Positions 38,459-48,898 of a DNA stretch of 64,000 nt are shown here, piece after piece. Under the pieces are notes generated by a model, which ran no database searches, had not been told where the DNA came from, and saw only the letters and a list, made by a program, of their open reading frames with translations. Each line of letters opens with the position of its first letter. Within the stretch, counting starts at the first letter, position 1. The DNA comes from an uncultured Pseudomonadales bacterium (GTDB lineage Bacteria; Patescibacteriota; Microgenomatia; UBA1400; MFAQ01), in assembly GCA_964439805.1 (NCBI GenBank), contig CAYTOI010000003.1:36844-100843 (forward strand). The letters are read 5' to 3'. Position numbers and translations under genes: made by a program.

Positions 38459-39217
38459 CTATTTCTTTGCAGCGTCTCCCGCTATCATTTTCATAGCATC
38501 CTGAACCGTTGTCATAAACTGAGCAGGGAAAATAATTGTCGAATTCTTTTCTACCGAAATCTCGGCCATGGTCTGTAAGGTACGGAGCTGCAATGCCACT
38601 GGGTGAGCAGAAATAACATCAGCTGCCTCAGCAAGCTTCTGCGCAGATTGGAACTCTCCTTCTGCTGCTACCACTTTGGCTCTTCGCTCTCTTTCGGCTT
38701 CAGCTTCTTTGGCCATAGCTCTTTGCATATTGTCTGGCAAGGAAATATCTTTTATTTCTACAGCAGTCACTTGTGCACCCCATGGTTCGGTGTGAGTATC
38801 AATAACCTTTTGAATCTGTTGATTTATTTTTGTGGTCTGAGACAAAAGCTCATCAAGAGTAAACTGACCAACTACGTTTCGGACTGTGGTCTGAGAAATT
38901 TGATTGACGGCATTATAAATATCATCAATGGCCACTACTGACTTTTGGGGATCCACAATGTGGTAATAAGCTACAGCGGCAATATCTATAGACACATTGT
39001 CTTTGGTAATAATTTTTTGCGAAGGAATTCCCATGGTAATAGTACGAAGTTGCACTTTTCTCATCACTTCCAAAAAAGGAATCAAAATAATAAGCCCAGG
39101 TCCACGAACGCCGACTACTCTACCCAAGAAGAAAACCACCCCTCTCTCGTACTCTTGGACGATCTTTAGGCTAGCAAATAACACAAACAGAATAATAGAA
39201 ACTATTGTGAAGTTCAT
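38459..39217 (-). CDS. SPFH/band-7 (stomatin/HflK-like) protein
   Basis: N-terminal TM helix, SPFH domain ([23 protein letters not shown]), [11 protein letters not shown] coiled coil. Confidence 0.85.
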   Translation of the reverse strand: MNFTIVSIILFVLFASLKIVQEYERGVVFFLGRVVGVRGPGLIILIPFLEVMRKVQLRTITMGIPSQKIITKDNVSIDIAAVAYYHIVDPQKSVVAIDDIYNAVNQISQTTVRNVVGQFTLDELLSQTTKINQQIQKVIDTHTEPWGAQVTAVEIKDISLPDNMQRAMAKEAEAERERRAKVVAAEGEFQSAQKLAEAADVISAHPVALQLRTLQTMAEISVEKNSTIIFPAQFMTTVQDAMKMIAGDAAKK

Positions 39218-39233
39218 ACTCTCTAGTATATTC

Positions 39234-40613
39234 CTATTTGTCTTTTACCGTAACTCCCATAGCTATTAGCTGATCGCGAAGTCTATCCGCCTCTGCCCAG
39301 TTCTTCTCGGCTCTAAATCTCTCCCTCTCCTCCACCATTTTATTTATATCTTCATTATCTTGAGTTCTTGATTCCTTGAGTTCTTGAGTTCCCAAATTTA
39401 GCCCCATCACCTTATCAAACTCTAGTAACAAATATTTTTTCTCTTCGTCGGCCAGATCACCCTTCATCATCTCCCAAACTACTGCTAGAGCCTTTGGCAT
39501 ATTCAAATCATCCTCCACCGCTTCAGCAAATTTACTTATAAATACTTCCACATCTTGAGCTCTTGATTCCTTGAGTTCTAGAGTTCTTGACATGAAATTT
39601 ACCAATTTCATATACGCCTTCTCCGCCCCCTCTATCGCTTCCCAAGTAAAGTTCATTTGTTTTCGGTAGTGCGCAGTTAGGTACAGATACCGAAGTGCCA
39701 TGGCCGAATACCCTTTCTCTACTATGTCACTGACTCTATAAACATTCCCCAAGCTTTTACTCATCTTCTTTCCATCTACCATCAAAAAACTGCTATGAAA
39801 CCAATATTTCACAAATGGCTTCTTACCCGTGCCTGCTTCACTCTGAGCAATCTCATTTGGGTGATGAATAGAAACGTGATCTTCTCCTCCAGTATGCAAA
39901 TCTATTTGCTCACCCAAGTACTTCATACTCATCGCCGAACACTCTATGTGCCAACCAGGAAATCCATCTCCCCAAGGGCTGTTCCAATGCATTACATGAT
40001 CTTTATGTTTACCAACAGTTTTAAACCACAAGGCAAAATCAGCAGGACTCTTTTTGCTATTATCTGTCACCACTTCTTCTCTCACTCCCACTAGCTTTTC
40101 ATCTATAGACTGGCCAAAAAGTTTTCCATAATCAGGGAATCTACTCACATCAAAATAAACTGCTTCTGGAGTGTCGTAGGCGTATCCATTGGCAATTATT
40201 TTCTTGATTAGTTCTATCTGATCTTCTACATGTTCCGTAGCTTTGCACTGAATAGTGGGCCGAATAATATTGAGTGAGTCCATTTCTTTTAGGAAATAAT
40301 CTGTGTACTCCTCTGCTACTTGCCATACTGTTTTCCCGTACTTCATAGCCCCCTTCTCTAGCTTGTCTTCGCCTTCGTCTCCGTCAGAAACCAAGTGACC
40401 TACATCGGTAATATTTTGAACATGAGTAACATTTAAGTTTTCAGTGTTTTCCAAAACTCTTTTGAGAATATCGTCGTTGACATATTTACGGCCGTGACCA
40501 ATATGAGGAAAGTCGTAAACCGTAGGGCCACAAGCATACATTCCCACTTCACCAGGTTTACTAGGAACAAACTCTTCAGTTTGTTTGGAAAGAGAATTAA
40601 AAATCTTGAGCAT
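39234..40613 (-). CDS. cysS: cysteine--tRNA ligase
   Basis: HIGH ([10 protein letters not shown]) and KMSKS motifs. Two in-frame family-A repeat insertions near the C-terminus. Confidence 0.9.
   Translation of the reverse strand: MLKIFNSLSKQTEEFVPSKPGEVGMYACGPTVYDFPHIGHGRKYVNDDILKRVLENTENLNVTHVQNITDVGHLVSDGDEGEDKLEKGAMKYGKTVWQVAEEYTDYFLKEMDSLNIIRPTIQCKATEHVEDQIELIKKIIANGYAYDTPEAVYFDVSRFPDYGKLFGQSIDEKLVGVREEVVTDNSKKSPADFALWFKTVGKHKDHVMHWNSPWGDGFPGWHIECSAMSMKYLGEQIDLHTGGEDHVSIHHPNEIAQSEAGTGKKPFVKYWFHSSFLMVDGKKMSKSLGNVYRVSDIVEKGYSAMALRYLYLTAHYRKQMNFTWEAIEGAEKAYMKLVNFMSRTLELKESRAQDVEVFISKFAEAVEDDLNMPKALAVVWEMMKGDLADEEKKYLLLEFDKVMGLNLGTQELKESRTQDNEDINKMVEERERFRAEKNWAEADRLRDQLIAMGVTVKDK
39358..39390. 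repeat. repeat family A copy, in frame in cysS (copy 1)
   Basis: 40 nt identical to the rluA copy. Confidence 0.8.
39554..39588. repeat. repeat family A copy, in frame in cysS (copy 2)
   Basis: tcttgagctcttgattccttgagttctagagttcttga. Confidence 0.75.
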
Positions 40614-40666
40614 GCTCTATTTTAACCCAAAAAAAAGCGCTCTCAACTAAGAGAGCGCTAGGAACA

Positions 40667-41143
40667 CTAAACCGCAACCAAAACTGGAACTCTTTTCCTC
40701 ATTCCTGTAATTACATCGGCCAGAACATCTAATAATTCAATCATTAAATTGAGCGTATAACTCGAATTGTAAAACTTTCGAGCCAAATCCTTAGAATCAA
40801 AGACAAGTTTTAAAACCAGCAATATTCCAGTTACAAAATTAGGAACATATTCTTGTTTTGGATCCACATGCTCAACGCTAAAGGCAATGCTAAGATCAGG
40901 AATTTCTAGCATTTCATAAATAATCTGCAAGTGGTCAGATACAGAAACTGAATCGTACTTGTCATTTTTCAAATATCGAATCAAAAGATCTGGACAATAC
41001 TTATCAGTTTTAATGAAATAATTAGCAAGTGCCAACCCAAAGAGCATGCCATCTAGCATTTCTCCTTTATCTATGGCGCGACACTCCATGTACCTTTGGA
41101 CCAAACTTAATAGGCCGTTATCAAACTCTTCCATACTACTCAC
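40667..41143 (-). CDS. hypothetical protein (158 aa), tandem paralog family member
   Basis: ORF with a strong terminator at 40618-40660; weak similarity to 41136..41624. Confidence 0.4.
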   Translation of the reverse strand: MSSMEEFDNGLLSLVQRYMECRAIDKGEMLDGMLFGLALANYFIKTDKYCPDLLIRYLKNDKYDSVSVSDHLQIIYEMLEIPDLSIAFSVEHVDPKQEYVPNFVTGILLVLKLVFDSKDLARKFYNSSYTLNLMIELLDVLADVITGMRKRVPVLVAV

Positions 41144-41624
41144 CTCTTGAAATCGAAGTATCTTTAACTTCCATCAACGTAAACTTCAGACCATTTAGTA
41201 ACGCATTAAATGACGAAACGTATACTCCAATAAATAAATCACTTCTCCCCTTGGCGGGATAAAATTCAATAATGCTCAAAAAAGCTTTCATTGTAATCTC
41301 ATAACCCATTCTCATAGCATTGACATAATCCGTTCGAAAATCTACCTCAAACAACCTTCCGGATGTAGTAAACATTTCATCCCGAACGACAATGTCTTTA
41401 GTAGTCTTGAGAATTTGAAAATGCCTCTGAAGTGAAAACTTAACATTACTTACATCAAGTAGGTATTTGTCAAGCTCACGAGAAAAACCGTTTTCATTTC
41501 TTGCAGACAAAAGAGCAATTTTAAAACCAAGCTCCAGCCCCTCGAGAAATTGACTTTTCATATCATCTGGGCACTTACCAAATTCTTTGATCAAAAAAAC
41601 TACAGGATCATTATCTTCCATCAC
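41136..41624 (-). CDS. hypothetical protein (162 aa), tandem paralog family member
   Basis: ORF; overlaps its neighbour by 8 nt. Confidence 0.4.
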   Translation of the reverse strand: MMEDNDPVVFLIKEFGKCPDDMKSQFLEGLELGFKIALLSARNENGFSRELDKYLLDVSNVKFSLQRHFQILKTTKDIVVRDEMFTTSGRLFEVDFRTDYVNAMRMGYEITMKAFLSIIEFYPAKGRSDLFIGVYVSSFNALLNGLKFTLMEVKDTSISRGE

Positions 41625-41657
41625 ACACTCCTTGTAAAGGTTTAGTTATAGGGTATT

Positions 41658-42137
41658 TTACCACGATTGGTAAATCTTTTCCAAAAATGCCATTTCTCCA
41701 TATATCCAAGCCACGTAGCGGTTGTATAGATTCACCTCACTTTCAGCCTCAATAATGTTCCTAGCGAGAGACTCACAAGGAATTAAGAGGTTCTTAATGG
41801 CAAGTGCGTAATACTTACCAGGGTGTCCGTAGCGCAAGCCTGAGTTTGGGATCTTTGACTCATCCAAAACAATCTTACCGTCCGAAAGACTTTCAATTTC
41901 TTTGACAAAATCAGGAGTAGGCCAAAACGGACTAGTTTGGTTTTGCAAAAAGATCCATAAGTAGCTATCTTCACTTATAAATGGTCTTCCCTGTTCTTCG
42001 TAAACTAAAGCAAAATACAAACAAAAATAGGCACCAGCTATATAGGCGTCACGACATTTGGGTAAATTTTTCAGTTCAAACACTTTCTCCAAAACATGAA
42101 TCTTCAGCATTGCGTTCAAATTATCAGAATTAAACAT
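41658..42137 (-). CDS. hypothetical protein (159 aa)
   Basis: ORF of similar size in the same array. Confidence 0.4.
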   Translation of the reverse strand: MFNSDNLNAMLKIHVLEKVFELKNLPKCRDAYIAGAYFCLYFALVYEEQGRPFISEDSYLWIFLQNQTSPFWPTPDFVKEIESLSDGKIVLDESKIPNSGLRYGHPGKYYALAIKNLLIPCESLARNIIEAESEVNLYNRYVAWIYGEMAFLEKIYQSW

Positions 42138-42207
42138 AATCCTCCATGTAAAAGATCAAACTAGGCTCAAAGTTTCTGACCCATTATATTACACCCCAGT
42201 CGACCTA

Positions 42208-42648
42208 CTATTCCTTCTGTCTATCTGTTTCCCCGTGAGATCCTCTCGCAAGCCGAGCCATCATCTGTTGCAAAAAAGACTCCTTCTTCTGCTTTTCGAC
42301 CTGCTTCTTTTGATCGGATTGCTGCTTTTCCTCCATCTTCTCTCTGTTTACTTGAGCATCAACTTGTTTTTTGTGTTCAATATATTCTTGTAGGCGGGAC
42401 TTTACTTCATTAAACTGTCTTTTTTCTGACTGCTTCTTCATAGCCTGCTTTTGCTCAGTAGCAGGATCTTTTTGTTGCTTCTTCTCACCCAAGTCAGACT
42501 GGATAAGACCGGCCGGAGCGCTAAGGATCTGTTCTATAGAATCAGTGGCAATATCTGTAGCAGCTTTTGCCGTACCTTTTACAACACCTTTACCCAGTTC
42601 AAATAAGTCGCCAACAACTTGCTGGCCAATTCCTCCCAAAGCAGACAT
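42208..42648 (-). CDS. hypothetical charged coiled-coil protein (K/Q/E-rich)
   Basis: Low-complexity EKKQQ-rich C-terminus; Gly-rich N-terminus. Confidence 0.35.
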   Translation of the reverse strand: MSALGGIGQQVVGDLFELGKGVVKGTAKAATDIATDSIEQILSAPAGLIQSDLGEKKQQKDPATEQKQAMKKQSEKRQFNEVKSRLQEYIEHKKQVDAQVNREKMEEKQQSDQKKQVEKQKKESFLQQMMARLARGSHGETDRQKE

Positions 42649-42701
42649 AGATTAATTTAACCACAAAAAATGGTCCCGAACTTCGGGACCATTCAAAAAA
42701 A

Positions 42702-43052
42702 TCACTCAACAAAGAGATAGTCACTCAAACCGTCTGGCCCACCAAGCTTACCCCATTGGGGTTGAACCTTGAGCACTTCCATCAATTCATCTGCCCTGTC
42801 TTCCAAGAAGACCCTTTCTTCTTCAACAAAGTCACCTTTTGTAAAGACAATTAAGTCGCCTTCCATAACGACACCACGATCAGTAGAAAAGCAAATCTTC
42901 ACTGCTTCCTCAAAACATTTTTCCTCAATGGTTTGGTTTACAACGGATATTCTTATGACAAACCCATCACTTCCTTCTCGACGACCTTGCCCTTCAAAAC
43001 GCATAACAAATAATCCACCCCTATCTATTTCTTCATACCATGCTGGCAACAT
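42702..43052 (-). CDS. hypothetical protein (116 aa)
   Basis: ORF only. Confidence 0.3.
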   Translation of the reverse strand: MLPAWYEEIDRGGLFVMRFEGQGRREGSDGFVIRISVVNQTIEEKCFEEAVKICFSTDRGVVMEGDLIVFTKGDFVEEERVFLEDRADELMEVLKVQPQWGKLGGPDGLSDYLFVE

Positions 43053-43167
43053 AAAAGCCTCCTTAAAAAGTTAATATTACAGGCTTATTATAATCCTATA
43101 CTTCCCAAATTTCAAGCTCTAGGATATAATCCACACACGCACATTTTAAACCTAAGAAGGAGGCATT

Positions 43168-44367
43168 TTGAACCAATACAACCACTTATATCTTGGCGTT
43201 AACTATGCAGTACTCGCCCCAGGAAGACAGATAAAAACCAAAACTGAAAATCACATTCTTTTTACCGATGGCTCGCAAGTAGATCTCGACACGGGACAAG
43301 TAATTGATCTTGCCGAACAAGATGAAAAATTTTTGGTGGTAATTCCACTCTCACAAGGATTAAATCACTTCAACCTTGGTGACCTGAACACTGCACCAAA
43401 AGCAATGGCATGGACCAGTTCAAAACTAAAAATTAACTATCCAGGTCCAGTCAACATTATCCCCAGCTTAAACGAAATATTGACAGTCCACGAAAATAAA
43501 TACTGTACAGCCGTAAAACTAGGCACCGAAGAAGTTATTGTTACAGCCGTTGCCATGGACGAGGTTAGCTATTTCCACGATCAAAAGAACGGCACCAACA
43601 CTCCAAACTTCGACTACAAAACCAAGAACTTCCCCGCCATAAACATCTGGGCACCAGTGAACACAACTGTTACTGGCGAAGCTACAGCTTTAAACTTTTC
43701 CAAGTTAAAGCACATTGATATGAAAGTAAACATTGTAAACGGCCAGCTGGCCACCGAAGACATCTTTGTCGACGGAGAAGGACATCTATCTCTAAGTTTA
43801 GTTTCAACGCCACTAATTGGCGTAAATCAAATAGGTGATGTTAATATCGTCACAAGCGGCCAAGTAGATAAAATTGATGTAATTGGTACGGGAGATGTTC
43901 GCGTCATCTGCAAGGATGCTGGCAATATCAGCGTCGATGCGGGTGGCGAAGCATATGTCTCGGCCAGTAATGTTGACGGTCTATATATTGCAGCAGCAGA
44001 AGACGTTACTGTCAATATAGCTAACAACACTGATTTTATTGTAGTAAAGTCTGACGGCAGCATAAACATAAACGGCGGAAAATACAAAGAAATCACAAGT
44101 CTAGAAGCAGAGTTCGATATTTCCTTAGACGTTGAATCCTTTGAAATAGCTGTGGTTAAATGTGGTGGCAATTTGAATGTCAAAGCCAATATCGGCACTC
44201 AAAGCATCGCTGCTTCAAGCAAGAAAATCGCCAAGTTGACACTTGCCACTGCCAATGTTGTAGATGTCAGGGCTGAAGAAATCTCCATAATGGCCTACGA
44301 ATACCTCAAAGACCCTATTGTTCCTGCCAACAACCCCAACAACTTCATCTCCTATCGTGGTGCGTAA
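43168..44367 (+). CDS. beta-solenoid repeat protein (DUF4097/adhesin-like), paralog 1
   Basis: RBS AAGGAGG; N-terminal domain shared with 44853 (LKINYPG motif); C-terminal periodic beta repeats (VDVIGTGDVRVI... / VNIKANIGTQSIAAS...). Confidence 0.5.
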   Translation: MNQYNHLYLGVNYAVLAPGRQIKTKTENHILFTDGSQVDLDTGQVIDLAEQDEKFLVVIPLSQGLNHFNLGDLNTAPKAMAWTSSKLKINYPGPVNIIPSLNEILTVHENKYCTAVKLGTEEVIVTAVAMDEVSYFHDQKNGTNTPNFDYKTKNFPAINIWAPVNTTVTGEATALNFSKLKHIDMKVNIVNGQLATEDIFVDGEGHLSLSLVSTPLIGVNQIGDVNIVTSGQVDKIDVIGTGDVRVICKDAGNISVDAGGEAYVSASNVDGLYIAAAEDVTVNIANNTDFIVVKSDGSININGGKYKEITSLEAEFDISLDVESFEIAVVKCGGNLNVKANIGTQSIAASSKKIAKLTLATANVVDVRAEEISIMAYEYLKDPIVPANNPNNFISYRGA

Positions 44368-44374
44368 CCCAAAA

Positions 44375-44412
44375 GACCCGGCTGACTATGTCACCCGGGT
44401 CTTATTTTTTTA
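44375..44412 (+). terminator. rho-independent terminator
   Basis: gacccgg...ccgggtc followed by TTATTTTTTT. Confidence 0.6.
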
Positions 44413-44416
44413 AACA

Positions 44417-44704
44417 CTAACCAAAATTTATACTTATGACGTTTGCCCCAAAAACACTTTCTAGATGTCTAGAAAGCTCCAGCATGATTTTTACATCAAT
44501 TGAGTTAACACTAATTGAAAGAATCATTTTCCCACCAGTTACCTTAGGCGCTTCAAAACTTGCTACGAATTGGGTTATTGATCCAGTTTCCAATGAAAAA
44601 GAGTTTGCATCAATAAATTTTGTTTCCAGATCCCCAAAAACCTTCTTCTCCTCCAAATACTGCTCAATTGCCTTAATTATTGTCAAAATACCAATTTGTA
44701 TCAT
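44417..44704 (-). CDS. hypothetical small protein (95 aa)
   Basis: ORF between the two beta-solenoid paralogs, on the opposite strand. Confidence 0.3.
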   Translation of the reverse strand: MIQIGILTIIKAIEQYLEEKKVFGDLETKFIDANSFSLETGSITQFVASFEAPKVTGGKMILSISVNSIDVKIMLELSRHLESVFGANVISINFG

Positions 44705-44852
44705 TTTGCCTCCAGTAGGTTAAAAGATGGTCTAATATACCATATTACAGGCCAATTCGCAACACTAAATAATTAAATACAGGCACAAAAACACCAATCT
44801 TCAAGCTTATAGGGTATAATATGCCAAGCACGTTAAACCAACTACAAAAGAG

Positions 44853-46265
44853 GTGAATATGGAAATTTATTACAACGGCTTGATACTTTTTGGAAACTAC
44901 CTACTTGTAACAAACGGCAGGTCAGTAAGAAACTCTAACAACGGAATCTATACCTTTTCAGACGGATCTATTGTTAACCTAAAATTAGGAATCATAGTTA
45001 CAAATAACAAGAATGAAAATCAAAAAGATTTTACTATCATCACCCTTGTTCCAGGAACTCAAATAATCGAGATTGGCAATAAGAACAGAGACCCCCAAAG
45101 CAAACTATGGCTCTCGGATTCGTTAAAAATTAATTATCCGGGAAAGGTTGTAATTACAGAATCAACCGATGGCACGATCTCAGTAAAAGAAAATGAGTTT
45201 TGTGTTGCAAATGAAAGTAATGGGTTAGTATCAGTTTCGTTAGTTGACTACACAAAACTCGTCGTCAATACCGAAACTTCTTCAATCAACGAAGTTTATT
45301 TGGGAAAACTACCAACTCTCGAAATTTCAGCCCCAGCAAACGTACAAATTACAAACAATTCTGGAAGTTTAACTTTTGATACGGCCAAGAGTGTAGAGCT
45401 GTTAGGTGGAGATCTCACTGGAAACAATGTTGACTCGATAACTGGATCAGCAGATAGCAGCGTTGAAATAAAAATCAATTCTGTAAATACGCTGACATTT
45501 AAAACATCTAGCTTTTTAGCAATCAGCCTAGACATCGCAAACACCGTATCAGTTGAGGCAGAATCAGCCTTAAAAATTAATGTTTCAGGCGAAATTAAAG
45601 CTCTCAACATCAATGGAGAAAGTTCTGTAGAAATCAAAGGTGGAACTTTTGAAAAAATAACGGTTCAGGAATGCATTGGTTCATTTAATTTGGCAGACTT
45701 TACACACGTAGGCAAATTAGTTGTTTCTTCTGAATCGTTTGTAAATATTACTGGGCAATCGGTTGATATTGTTGACATAAAAAAATCAGACAGTAAAACT
45801 GCAATTAAAGTCAAAAAAAGCAAAGATATTACCGTTTATTCAGACTCAGCAGTTACCATTGAAGGCGAAGATTTGGATATCATTAATCTTCTCTACGCTG
45901 ATGGAGCTGTAAACATAAAAACTACGACTTCAAAGAAAATAACTGTTAAGAGTGATAGCAGCGTCAATATCACCGGTTCAAAAGTGGATGTTGTCGATGT
46001 AACTTATGCTGATGGCCGAGTTGAAATTGATGCTGATACAATCAACAACATTCGCGTTGTCTCAGACTCCGCTGTTTCAGTGAATACAAACAGCGGTGAA
46101 CAGACTGTTAGTATTGAAGCGGACAGTCGAGTAAATCTCCAACTGGCTAAGGTTAAAAGTCTAAAGGTAATTTCCGACTCTGCGGTCAGCGTATCTGCTT
46201 ACCATTACTACACAAACCCAGATATAACCGCAGATGGAAGAATAACTGTAACCGATCGTAAATAA
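44853..46265 (+). CDS. beta-solenoid repeat protein (DUF4097/adhesin-like), paralog 2
   Basis: Shares its N-terminal domain with 43168. Long C-terminal array of roughly 20-aa repeats (xSDSAVxIxG...). Confidence 0.5.
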   Translation: MNMEIYYNGLILFGNYLLVTNGRSVRNSNNGIYTFSDGSIVNLKLGIIVTNNKNENQKDFTIITLVPGTQIIEIGNKNRDPQSKLWLSDSLKINYPGKVVITESTDGTISVKENEFCVANESNGLVSVSLVDYTKLVVNTETSSINEVYLGKLPTLEISAPANVQITNNSGSLTFDTAKSVELLGGDLTGNNVDSITGSADSSVEIKINSVNTLTFKTSSFLAISLDIANTVSVEAESALKINVSGEIKALNINGESSVEIKGGTFEKITVQECIGSFNLADFTHVGKLVVSSESFVNITGQSVDIVDIKKSDSKTAIKVKKSKDITVYSDSAVTIEGEDLDIINLLYADGAVNIKTTTSKKITVKSDSSVNITGSKVDVVDVTYADGRVEIDADTINNIRVVSDSAVSVNTNSGEQTVSIEADSRVNLQLAKVKSLKVISDSAVSVSAYHYYTNPDITADGRITVTDRK

Positions 46266-46274
46266 TTCAAACAA

Positions 46275-46300
46275 AACCCGCCGAAAGGTGGGTTTTTTTA
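46275..46300. terminator. bidirectional terminator
   Basis: aacccgcc-gaaa-ggtgggtt followed by TTTTTTT; between convergent genes. Confidence 0.5.
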
Positions 46301-46906
46301 CATCCCTCGCCTGCCCTCAAAAGCTCTCAGAAGTGTCTGTCCATCAGCAAACTCTATGTCTGCTCCAGTCGGCAAACCTCTACCTATTCGGGTAACACTC
46401 ATACTACCAGCAAGACCCATGTCCTTAATTCTTTCTGCAATATACATAGCTGTCGCCTCCCCTTCCATATTTGGATTTGTAGCTAAAATAAGCTCTTCTA
46501 TCCCCCGTGTTTTAATTCTCGCTAGTAGCTGTGGAATTCTCAAATCATTAGGACCTATACCCGCCATAGGATTTATAATTCCACCCAAAACATGGTAAAC
46601 GCCTTTGTATCCCTCGGCTTTTTCAAAAGCCAAAAGGTCCAGTGCATTCTCCACTACACAAACTTGTTTTTTGCTTCTATTTGCGTCTTGGCAAACCGGG
46701 CAAAATTGTTCCTCACCCACATTAAAACAAAGTTCGCAAAACTTTGTATCTTTCTTTAATCGAGATAGTGATTCCCCAAATTTATCCAGCCTTTCTTGTG
46801 GCATATTCAACATGTAATAAGCCAAGCGGGCTGCCGACTTTGGCCCAATCCCTGGCAAGGCCTCAAAACCATCAATAACTTTCTGAACCGGACGAATACT
46901 TCTCAT
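46298..46906 (-). CDS. recR: recombination protein RecR
   Basis: C4 zinc finger (CELCFNVGEEQFCPVC), Toprim domain; 202 aa. Confidence 0.9.
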   Translation of the reverse strand: MRSIRPVQKVIDGFEALPGIGPKSAARLAYYMLNMPQERLDKFGESLSRLKKDTKFCELCFNVGEEQFCPVCQDANRSKKQVCVVENALDLLAFEKAEGYKGVYHVLGGIINPMAGIGPNDLRIPQLLARIKTRGIEELILATNPNMEGEATAMYIAERIKDMGLAGSMSVTRIGRGLPTGADIEFADGQTLLRAFEGRRGM

Positions 46907-46909
46907 GTC

Positions 46910-47230
46910 CTACATTCCTTGTGGCAAATTTCCAAGAACTTTGGATAAGTCGCCCATAGAATCTTTCATTTCCTCAGCTGCATATTTTTGAGCTTTGGTA
47001 ATTGCTTCATTAATTACTTTTACTGCTTTGTTCATGTTTTCACCATCGATAAAAAGCTCTTTTAGTTTTCCATCTCCGGTAACTGATGCCTTTACTCCAT
47101 TTTCCTCAACTTCAGTTTTGTGACCAGCAATCTTTCGCTGTAGCAAAGCGAGTTTTGTAAGAGCTGCACCTTGTGATCCAAATTTTTTTATTCCGTCAAA
47201 CATATATTTTTGTATTTTTCTAACCTTCAC
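46910..47230 (-). CDS. ybaB: nucleoid-associated protein YbaB/EbfC
   Basis: 106 aa; conserved dnaX-ybaB-recR order. Confidence 0.7.
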   Translation of the reverse strand: MKVRKIQKYMFDGIKKFGSQGAALTKLALLQRKIAGHKTEVEENGVKASVTGDGKLKELFIDGENMNKAVKVINEAITKAQKYAAEEMKDSMGDLSKVLGNLPQGM

Positions 47231-47245
47231 ATTTTACCTCATTTT

Positions 47246-47316
47246 GAGTTTTTGCGTTTTTGCACTTTGAGTTTTATTTTCTTGAGTTCTTGATTTCTAG
47301 AGTTCTCGAGTTCTTA
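47246..47316. repeat. repeat family A, longest copy (about 9 degenerate octamer units), intergenic between dnaX and ybaB
   Basis: gagtttttgcgtttttgcactttgagttttattttcttgagttcttgatttctagagttctcgagttctt. Confidence 0.75.
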
Positions 47317-48831
47317 ACTAAATATCTTCTCCACATCCACCGCCACAGTATTCACATTCGCATCCTCCGAATTCGGCTCTGTCCTCGCCGGCATGTCTAT
47401 CAAAACCGTTTTCAATGTCACCGGTCCCCAAATTCTTTGCATTTCTTGTTCAATTATTTTTTTCTTTGTATCCCTCTCAATCATGTCTTGCTGAAAACGC
47501 GACTTTACTGACAAGGTCAAAGACTTTCCTTGCAAATCCATAGGTGCCGAGTTTCTTAGCATTCCAGCAAGAGACCCATTACTTGCTGCAAAATTATCCA
47601 AAAATCCTCCCCATTCTTCTTTTATTTTTTCTATCGATGCTTTCATATCAGCTACGCTCTCTAGAGAAACTACTTTATCAACTTCTTTTTTTTCTTCTAT
47701 CACTACTGGAATTTCCTCTACAGGTGCAGGACGAACTACAGTTTCAACCTTCCTTTCAATTGCTGGTGCTTTAGCCGGCTCTACTTCTTTCGGCACCCCA
47801 CCACCACTATTATTGATAGAACTAGACAAAATTGCCATCTCCAAAGGCAGTAACGGATCTGGAGATATTTTTATTTTCTCTGCCGAGCTGACTAGCCCAT
47901 CAACCAAAGCAATTAAACTGCGAACATTTGCCCCACTTTTTACCGATATTTCAATTTGAGATTTTAGATACGTAAGCATCGCTACCAAAACCACTTGAGC
48001 CTTTACCCCATTACTTTCCATAATCATAAAGCTCTCCACAACCTCAGAAGATTTTCCAGACAATGCCGCCTCAATCACTTTTTTGACCAAGACATTACTT
48101 ACCGATCCCAGGTTCTTATTTACCAAATCCCTGTCGATATCCACCCCAAAGCTAGCCAGCTGTTCCAGCACCTTGTGGGCTTCCCGGAAACTCCCGTCCG
48201 CCACCTCTGTAATGGCCTCCAAGGCCTCCATATCGGCTTTCAGCTTCTCTCCTGCAACTACACGCATCAGAGACTCTACCATCTCGGATTTGGTCGCTTT
48301 GGTGAAGTTTATCTTTGAGCACCTGCTGACTATAGTCTCAGGCACCTTGTGAGCCTCTGTTGTACAGAGAATAAACATGGCGTGCTTAGGAGGTTCTTCT
48401 AGGGTTTTAAGAAGTGCATTAAACCCAGCAGTAGACACCATGTGAACTTCATCGATAATATAAATTTTCTTTCTAAGCTGTAGCGGAGAAAGGCGAACTT
48501 TGTCTCTCAAATCTCTAATGTCTTCCACTAGTCCATTACTTGCCGCATCAATTTCTATTACATCTACACCACTTCCATGAATCAGAGATTTGCATGGTTC
48601 ACAAACCCCACATGGTTCATGCAACTCACTCACCAAATCTTTATTAAGATCACAATTGACAACTTGCGAAAGGATTCTCGCCGTACTAGTTTTCCCAGAT
48701 CCGCGAGGACCCACAAACAGATACGCATGAGACACTTTTCCACTTTTCAAAGCAGCCTCCAAAGCACCACGAACCGACAACAAATTCAGCTCTGCAATTT
48801 TTTGGGGTCGATACTTTTGGTAATAACTCAC
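47314..48831 (-). CDS. dnaX: DNA polymerase III subunit gamma/tau
   Basis: Walker A GPRGSGKTSTARIL; zinc module CGVCEPC; clamp-loader boxes. Confidence 0.9.
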   Translation of the reverse strand: MSYYQKYRPQKIAELNLLSVRGALEAALKSGKVSHAYLFVGPRGSGKTSTARILSQVVNCDLNKDLVSELHEPCGVCEPCKSLIHGSGVDVIEIDAASNGLVEDIRDLRDKVRLSPLQLRKKIYIIDEVHMVSTAGFNALLKTLEEPPKHAMFILCTTEAHKVPETIVSRCSKINFTKATKSEMVESLMRVVAGEKLKADMEALEAITEVADGSFREAHKVLEQLASFGVDIDRDLVNKNLGSVSNVLVKKVIEAALSGKSSEVVESFMIMESNGVKAQVVLVAMLTYLKSQIEISVKSGANVRSLIALVDGLVSSAEKIKISPDPLLPLEMAILSSSINNSGGGVPKEVEPAKAPAIERKVETVVRPAPVEEIPVVIEEKKEVDKVVSLESVADMKASIEKIKEEWGGFLDNFAASNGSLAGMLRNSAPMDLQGKSLTLSVKSRFQQDMIERDTKKKIIEQEMQRIWGPVTLKTVLIDMPARTEPNSEDANVNTVAVDVEKIFS

Positions 48832-48898
48832 TCTCTAACGTTAGGTCTTTTTGAAACTTCTGTCAACAGTAAAAAACTGATACAAAAAGAACCCCACA

